The notes below the pieces were generated by a model that did no database searches, was not told the DNA's origin, and worked only from the letters and a program-made list of their open reading frames with translations. From the NCBI GenBank assembly GCA_046758705.1, contig JBHIAT010000048.1:1-21629 (forward strand): a stretch of 21,629 nucleotides of DNA, written 5' to 3'. Below are positions 17,342 through 21,629 of this stretch, in pieces; the stretch's first letter is position 1, and each line of letters starts with the position of its first letter. The translations under genes were made by a program, and so were the position numbers. The stretch is from Candidatus Bipolaricaulia bacterium (GTDB taxonomy: Bacteria; Bipolaricaulota; Bipolaricaulia; JBHIAT01).

Positions 17342-17370
17342 ATAATACTACCAATAATATGATTTTTCAA
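17342..17370 (-). promoter_or_regulatory. sigma70-type promoter of the TA operon
   Basis: Minus strand TTGAAA-17 bp-TATTAT, about 30 bp upstream of ATG 17312. Confidence 0.6.
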
Positions 17371-17578
17371 GGCCTCACCGAAACAAGAACGGCAGGCCGA
17401 TGAGTCCTTCGTGATCGGGCAGATCGAAGTGATCTGTTGCCGGTGTCCACAAAGAGAGGCTTGATGACTTGGGCACCTTTAGTGTCTTGGCTTGGAAGGT
17501 AAGCTCCATCGTCGGCTGCCCATTTCGATCCGGCCAATATGCCTCCGGCATCGCTATCAGCTTAAGGCCAAGTGTTTT

Positions 17579-17634
17579 CCTGACGGCTGATTGCTGACCG
17601 CTGAATGCTAAATCTTGACAGCTGAACGCTTACA
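17579..17634. repeat. Degenerate heptamer tandem array (8 x gctgaNN)
   Basis: cctgacg gctgatt gctgacc gctgaat gctaaat cttgaca gctgaac gcttaca, preceded by the complementary gctatcagc at 17553-17561. Confidence 0.7.
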
Positions 17635-17668
17635 TTTAGAACCGCGGGCAAAGGTCACTTTCCCCTAA

Positions 17669-17680
17669 GACATCGGTCCC
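17669..17680. promoter_or_regulatory. Possible degenerate, inverted core of the 28-bp motif upstream of kaiB
   Basis: GACATCGGTCCC vs the motif reverse complement GACATTTGTCCC (10/12). Confidence 0.3.
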
Positions 17681-17944
17681 CTCTTCTCGAAACCAAGTTA
17701 ATCTCTTTGATGAATGGATGCCCTTCCATCTTTCAAAGCGTGCTTTTTCACTTAGGAGTGACATACGTAATGCTGCCGCATATAGGCTGGCGTATTTGTT
17801 TAGCGTCTCCAGATTCAGCTATAGGCAGGTTTAGGGGGTACACAACAGATTGGCTTCCTGGAGGCTGGGCCGCGTGACGTGGTGGAATTCACAGCACAGA
17901 ACGAAGACGAGCAACAAAATCAGCGGAGGAGGAGGAGAGGGATC

Positions 17945-18247
17945 ATGAAGAAATTTTTGCTGAAGTTATATGTCACCGGACAGACTCCGAAATCCGAGCG
18001 TGCGATCGCAAACCTACGTCACATCTGCGAGAAGGAGTTGAGTGGCCAATACCTGCTAGAAATCATCGATGTTCTGGATCGTCCTCAACTAGCTGAGGCC
18101 GAGGGAATCGTGGCCACGCCGACCCTGATCAAAGAATTGCCCCCACCCCTTCGACGCATCATCGGCGATCTGTCCGATATCGAAAAAGTTATATTGGGGC
18201 TTGACCTGCGGAAAACTGAATCAGAAGACCAAGAAGGAGACGAATGA
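17945..18247 (+). CDS. kaiB: Circadian clock KaiB family protein
   Basis: [19 protein letters not shown]...[12 protein letters not shown]...[21 protein letters not shown]...GLDL. Strong GGAGG run before ATG 17945. Confidence 0.95.
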   Translation: MKKFLLKLYVTGQTPKSERAIANLRHICEKELSGQYLLEIIDVLDRPQLAEAEGIVATPTLIKELPPPLRRIIGDLSDIEKVILGLDLRKTESEDQEGDE

Positions 18248-18325
18248 TCTTGGACATCTATGATAGTCGATCTGGAGACGCTAAACAACTGCCTTAGCTC
18301 GAGCAGGAATGCAGACGGCATCATC
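18244..18325 (+). pseudogene. Possible relic of a PAS-protein 5' end downstream of kaiB
   Basis: SD AAGGAG and an ATG overlap the kaiB stop, but that frame closes after 17 codons. Another frame reads ...DLETL...RNADGII (aatgcagacggcatcatc, 18308-18325), the motif that opens both PAS domains in the window. Confidence 0.5.
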
Positions 18326-19651
18326 CTATGCAAACTCAAATTCTTTCTGGGTAAAAAGTCTCAAGCAAGCATCCACCACCTTGGGATCATAACGGACATC
18401 TCTTTTTTGTGCGATCTCCTTTAATGCCTTATCGATACCGAGAGCGGGTCGGTAGGGTCGATGAGAAGACATGGCCTCAACGACATCAGCCACACCCAAA
18501 ATCTTCGCTTCCAGGAGAATCTCTCCATCCGATAGACCTGAAGGATAGCCAGAACCATCTATCCTTTCGTGATGCTGAAGCACGATTTGGGCAACCGGCC
18601 ATGGAAATTCTATCGCCTTCAATATGTCGTAACCGATTTGCGGATGGGCCTTTATGATGTCAAACTCACTCTCGCTTAGCTGGCCGGGCTTATTGAGAAT
18701 GGCTGCCGGTACTGATATCTTGCCGACATCATGAATGAGGCCGGTGATGCGGATCCCCTCGATCTGCTCGTGCGAAACGCTCATCTCCCGGGCGATGGCA
18801 CAAGCGAGTTGGGACACGCGCCGTTGGTGGCCGGCGGTGTAAGGATCCCTCATTTCAACCATCAATGCGATGGCATGGACGGTGCTCTCCATGCTTCTTT
18901 GTAACCTCTCGAAACTTTGTTGAAGTTCTTCCTCGGCCCGCTTGCGCTCGGTGATGTCGCGCAGGGATGCAAGATAAGCACTTTTCCCCTCCCACTCGGT
19001 TTCCACCACACGCATTTCAGCGACGCGTACATCTTGATCCCTGCGAATAATGTCAAGCTCCATGGTTTCACCGGCCACCACCGGGAAGCCGAACAGTTCG
19101 TCTATGAATTCCTCCGCCTTGCGGTCCAAAAGGGCTTCCGCGGCCGGATTGACAAAATGTATTACACCCTTCCGATCTATAATGATGATACCATCAGCGT
19201 TCCCGGTGATGACATTGCGAAAGCTGGCCTCACGGGCCCGCAACGCCTGCTCAGCCCGCTTGCGCTCCCGTCGCTCCTCCGCCTCGCGCAGCTCGCGCTC
19301 AATAGCGGGGATCAGTCGCGTCAGATTGTCTTTCATGATGTAGTCATGCGCGCCAGCTTTCATGGCGGCCACCGCGACATCCTCGCTTATAGCACCTGAC
19401 ACGATGATGAATGGCAGGTCGAGCCCCCTGTTCTGCAACAGCGTCAATGCGGCAGGCGCGCTGAAGTTTGGCATGGCGTGATCGGCGATGACGATATCCC
19501 ATGATTGCTTATCGAGCGTGGCGTTCATGGCTTCGGGTGTGTCGACCCGTTCAAACACCAGGTCATAGCCGTTGCGTCGCAGCTCACGCATGAGCAACTC
19601 GGTGTCGTCTTCTGAATCCTCGACAATCAATACGCGCAGCGGTGTGCCCAT
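18326..19651 (-). CDS. REC-PAS-HD-GYP cyclic di-GMP phosphodiesterase response regulator
   Basis: VLIVEDS...ADHAMP...IVSG...YIMK (REC). PAS NADGIII. RDPYTAGHQRRV, HDVGK, HHERIDGSGYP, VADVVEAM, RPYR. Confidence 0.95.
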   Translation of the reverse strand: MGTPLRVLIVEDSEDDTELLMRELRRNGYDLVFERVDTPEAMNATLDKQSWDIVIADHAMPNFSAPAALTLLQNRGLDLPFIIVSGAISEDVAVAAMKAGAHDYIMKDNLTRLIPAIERELREAEERRERKRAEQALRAREASFRNVITGNADGIIIIDRKGVIHFVNPAAEALLDRKAEEFIDELFGFPVVAGETMELDIIRRDQDVRVAEMRVVETEWEGKSAYLASLRDITERKRAEEELQQSFERLQRSMESTVHAIALMVEMRDPYTAGHQRRVSQLACAIAREMSVSHEQIEGIRITGLIHDVGKISVPAAILNKPGQLSESEFDIIKAHPQIGYDILKAIEFPWPVAQIVLQHHERIDGSGYPSGLSDGEILLEAKILGVADVVEAMSSHRPYRPALGIDKALKEIAQKRDVRYDPKVVDACLRLFTQKEFEFA

Positions 19652-20437
19652 CTACGCCCTCCCGTTACGAGGTGTTCCATCTTGCAGCAGTCGCCTGATC
19701 TCGTTTACGATCTTTGTCTTGAGCTTTGATACGTACCATTGAGAATAGCCGATCTCCTCACCGACCTCCTTTTGAGTTTTGCCTTCATAGAACAGTCCCT
19801 CGATCACCCGCTGCTGGATATCGGAGAGCTGCTTCTCGACGATCAGCGCGATCCCGATCCGATCCTCGATCGGCAGCTGGTCCGACTCGCGCCGGTTGCT
19901 CCGGATCTTGCTGATATCGACAGACGGTTTGGGGTCGTCCTCGCGACACCCCTGATCGATCGAGATATAGTACATGCTCTTCCTGGTTTTGAGGGCCTCG
20001 ATGATCCCTTCCCGTGCCACGTTGAGTTCGTCGGAGAGCTCATCGAGGGAGGGCAACCGGCCGTTCTCCTTGAACAGTCGTTCCTGGGCTTCCGCGATCC
20101 GTTTGTTGAGCCGCTGAAGACACCGGGGGATTTTGATCAGCTGGTGTCGATCCCGAATGTGATGTCGGATCTCACCTGTGATCAGATGGGTCGCATAGGT
20201 AATGAACTTGACGCCACGGTCCGGATCGAAGTTGTGGATCGCGTTGAGCAGGCCGATATACCCCGCTTGGATCAGATCATCATAGTCCTCACCGGAGATT
20301 AAAAATTGTTTGGCGATCGACTTGACCAAGCCGATATGACGCTCTATGATGATCTGCTCGAGTTTCGGGTCGGCGCCTTTGGAGCGTTTGCGGAGGAGAT
20401 CTTCGGTCGCCTCGGCTTTGATCTTTGCTGTGCTCAT
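19652..20437 (-). CDS. RNA polymerase sigma factor, SigB/SigF/SigG (group 3) family, full length
   Basis: DDLIQAGYIGLLNAIHNFDPDRGVKFITYA...GEIRHHIRD...IKIPR. GRLPSLDELS (region 3). KTQKEVGEEIGYSQWYVSKL (region-4 HTH). Its TAG directly abuts the ATG of the HD-GYP gene. Confidence 0.93.
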   Translation of the reverse strand: MSTAKIKAEATEDLLRKRSKGADPKLEQIIIERHIGLVKSIAKQFLISGEDYDDLIQAGYIGLLNAIHNFDPDRGVKFITYATHLITGEIRHHIRDRHQLIKIPRCLQRLNKRIAEAQERLFKENGRLPSLDELSDELNVAREGIIEALKTRKSMYYISIDQGCREDDPKPSVDISKIRSNRRESDQLPIEDRIGIALIVEKQLSDIQQRVIEGLFYEGKTQKEVGEEIGYSQWYVSKLKTKIVNEIRRLLQDGTPRNGRA

Positions 20438-20560
20438 GGCTTATACCAGCTCAGTCTAACCGTTGCAGGTCTAAAGCAAAAGGACATATAGGGGATGAAA
20501 ATGAGAGTTTTGTTACAAATATCCTTTATAGCAGCTTATACCCTTTTCTTTTGGGGGAGA

Positions 20561-20588
20561 TAGGGACAAATGTCGGTTAAAAACGGAA
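20561..20588. promoter_or_regulatory. 28-bp conserved motif, copy C
   Basis: Identical to copy B. About 124 bp upstream of the sigma gene start. Confidence 0.65.
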
Positions 20589-20682
20589 TTTTTTTCTTAT
20601 TCAGAAGTGAATGTTTTTTTCTCCTGCTCCGGTTGCTGCCGATGTCCGCGCTGTGACAGGACAAAATTCCCTTCCATATCCC

Positions 20683-20712
20683 TTGACAATTCAAATTCAA
20701 GGGCGGTACAAT
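20683..20712 (+). promoter_or_regulatory. sigma70-type promoter for the CPBP gene
   Basis: TTGACA-18 bp-TACAAT. Confidence 0.7.
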
Positions 20713-20722
20713 AAGCCACAAA

Positions 20723-20788
20723 GGGATATTTGAGATATATTAGTGAGACATTTGAGATATTCTATTGAGACATCCAAGATATTTTAGA
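20723..20788. repeat. Three imperfect direct repeats with a 22-bp period
   Basis: gggatatttgagatatattagt / gagacatttgagatattctatt / gagacatccaagatattttaga. Confidence 0.75.
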
Positions 20789-20826
20789 AACCTTATATTA
20801 TAAATCTCCAAACGAAAGGGGCAAAG

Positions 20827-21627
20827 ATGAACACTGTGAACACCATCAAGAAGGTCCTGAAACGAAAAATCCGTTTCGATAAGAATCTCCACAGACAACT
20901 CCAGGGGAGGAAAGGCGTGATGGCAGCCGGCATCGGCCTCATCGTTGCGATCTCCGTGTTCCTGACATCCCTCAGCAAGTGGGCGTTAATCGTTGTGATG
21001 TCAGCGAGCATCTGGTTGATCTACGACGAATTCAGAAAGCGGGATCGATTAGACGTCCTCGAGAAGATCTCTCAGCGATTTCGCTGGTCGATGGTGCTGG
21101 AGGTAGCTATCCTGGATGCGCTCATCATCGGGGTGGGGGTGGGGTTGAACCGACTTCCCGGCTTCGATTGGGGGTGGATCGGGTGGCTGACCGAATCGGG
21201 CAGTGGATTGGGGGTGGCCTGGGAGGTCACCAAATCCCGGATCCTGTGGTTGCGGTTCTTCCCATCGCTGTTCTTCCTCGGGTTTCTGGCACTCATTCCG
21301 TTCCTGGCCTATGTGGAGGAGTGGATCTTCCGTCGGGGGAAGGACCGGCCCAAGGACTACAGCAAGTATGCGATCGCTTTCGGGTTGGCCCATACCATTA
21401 TCGGTGGTGTCCCGATCGGCTGGGGAATTGCGCTGATCACACTTGGGATCTTTCTGGGGCACAAATACAGCGTTGCCTACCGACGGTACCTCAACGAGCA
21501 CCCGCAACAATACCAGGAAGCGATAGAGAACGGCCTGATCGAGAGCACCACGTATCACTCCATCAACAACGCGCTGTTGATCGCCGGGGCGTTTCTCGCC
21601 GCCACCCAGGCGGCATTCACCTTGTGA
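20827..21627 (+). CDS. CPBP (Abi/CAAX type II) intramembrane glutamic endopeptidase
   Basis: Multiple TM helices and the motifs EEWIFR, FGLAH and HSINN. An alternative start at 20917/20920 after GGAGG is possible. Confidence 0.88.
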   Translation: MNTVNTIKKVLKRKIRFDKNLHRQLQGRKGVMAAGIGLIVAISVFLTSLSKWALIVVMSASIWLIYDEFRKRDRLDVLEKISQRFRWSMVLEVAILDALIIGVGVGLNRLPGFDWGWIGWLTESGSGLGVAWEVTKSRILWLRFFPSLFFLGFLALIPFLAYVEEWIFRRGKDRPKDYSKYAIAFGLAHTIIGGVPIGWGIALITLGIFLGHKYSVAYRRYLNEHPQQYQEAIENGLIESTTYHSINNALLIAGAFLAATQAAFTL

Positions 21628-21629
21628 AC

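Noticed and set aside
17371-17878. kaiC relic or ncRNA upstream of kaiB
   Set aside because: No recognisable KaiC motif or known RNA family by eye; tBLASTn or Infernal would be needed.
17879-17944. N-terminal extension of KaiB from GTG 17879
   Set aside because: The RRRRRG stretch is the translated GGAGG SD run; ATG 17945 matches normal KaiB length.
16471-20588. Mobile element bounded by the identical 28-bp direct repeats (att sites or TSD)
   Set aside because: No integrase or transposase, a third copy exists at 13142, and the CPBP relic is better explained by duplication followed by decay. Not fully excluded.
20723-20788. CRISPR array or plasmid origin
   Set aside because: The repeats are contiguous and degenerate with no unique spacers; no cas or rep gene in the window.

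Overview
GC-rich bacterial window with no rRNA, tRNA, CRISPR array or transposase. It looks like one surface-adhesion/lifestyle locus. Left arm (minus strand, gaps of 5-34 bp, probably one operon): a ~3070-aa secreted protein (a tandemly duplicated FG-GAP propeller + Ig + FlgD-Ig module, ending in a T9SS-CTD-like domain), a PorV/PorQ-like beta-barrel, a sigma2-only protein, a stand-alone GAF protein, a SigB/F-like sigma whose region 4 is replaced, and a PilX-like protein that runs off the window and is missing from the ORF track. Right arm: a small coiled-coil membrane protein, a PAS-PAS-GGDEF-EAL-REC protein, a VapBC-like toxin-antitoxin pair, kaiB with no kaiC in the window, a REC-PAS-HD-GYP phosphodiesterase directly behind a full-length SigB/F/G-type sigma, and a CPBP/Abi membrane protease. 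The intergenic DNA holds a 28-bp motif in three copies (plus one degenerate copy), three short gene relics (kaiB, PAS, CPBP), a heptamer array and a 22-bp-period triple repeat. All calls come from manual motif reading and hand alignment; no database searches were run.
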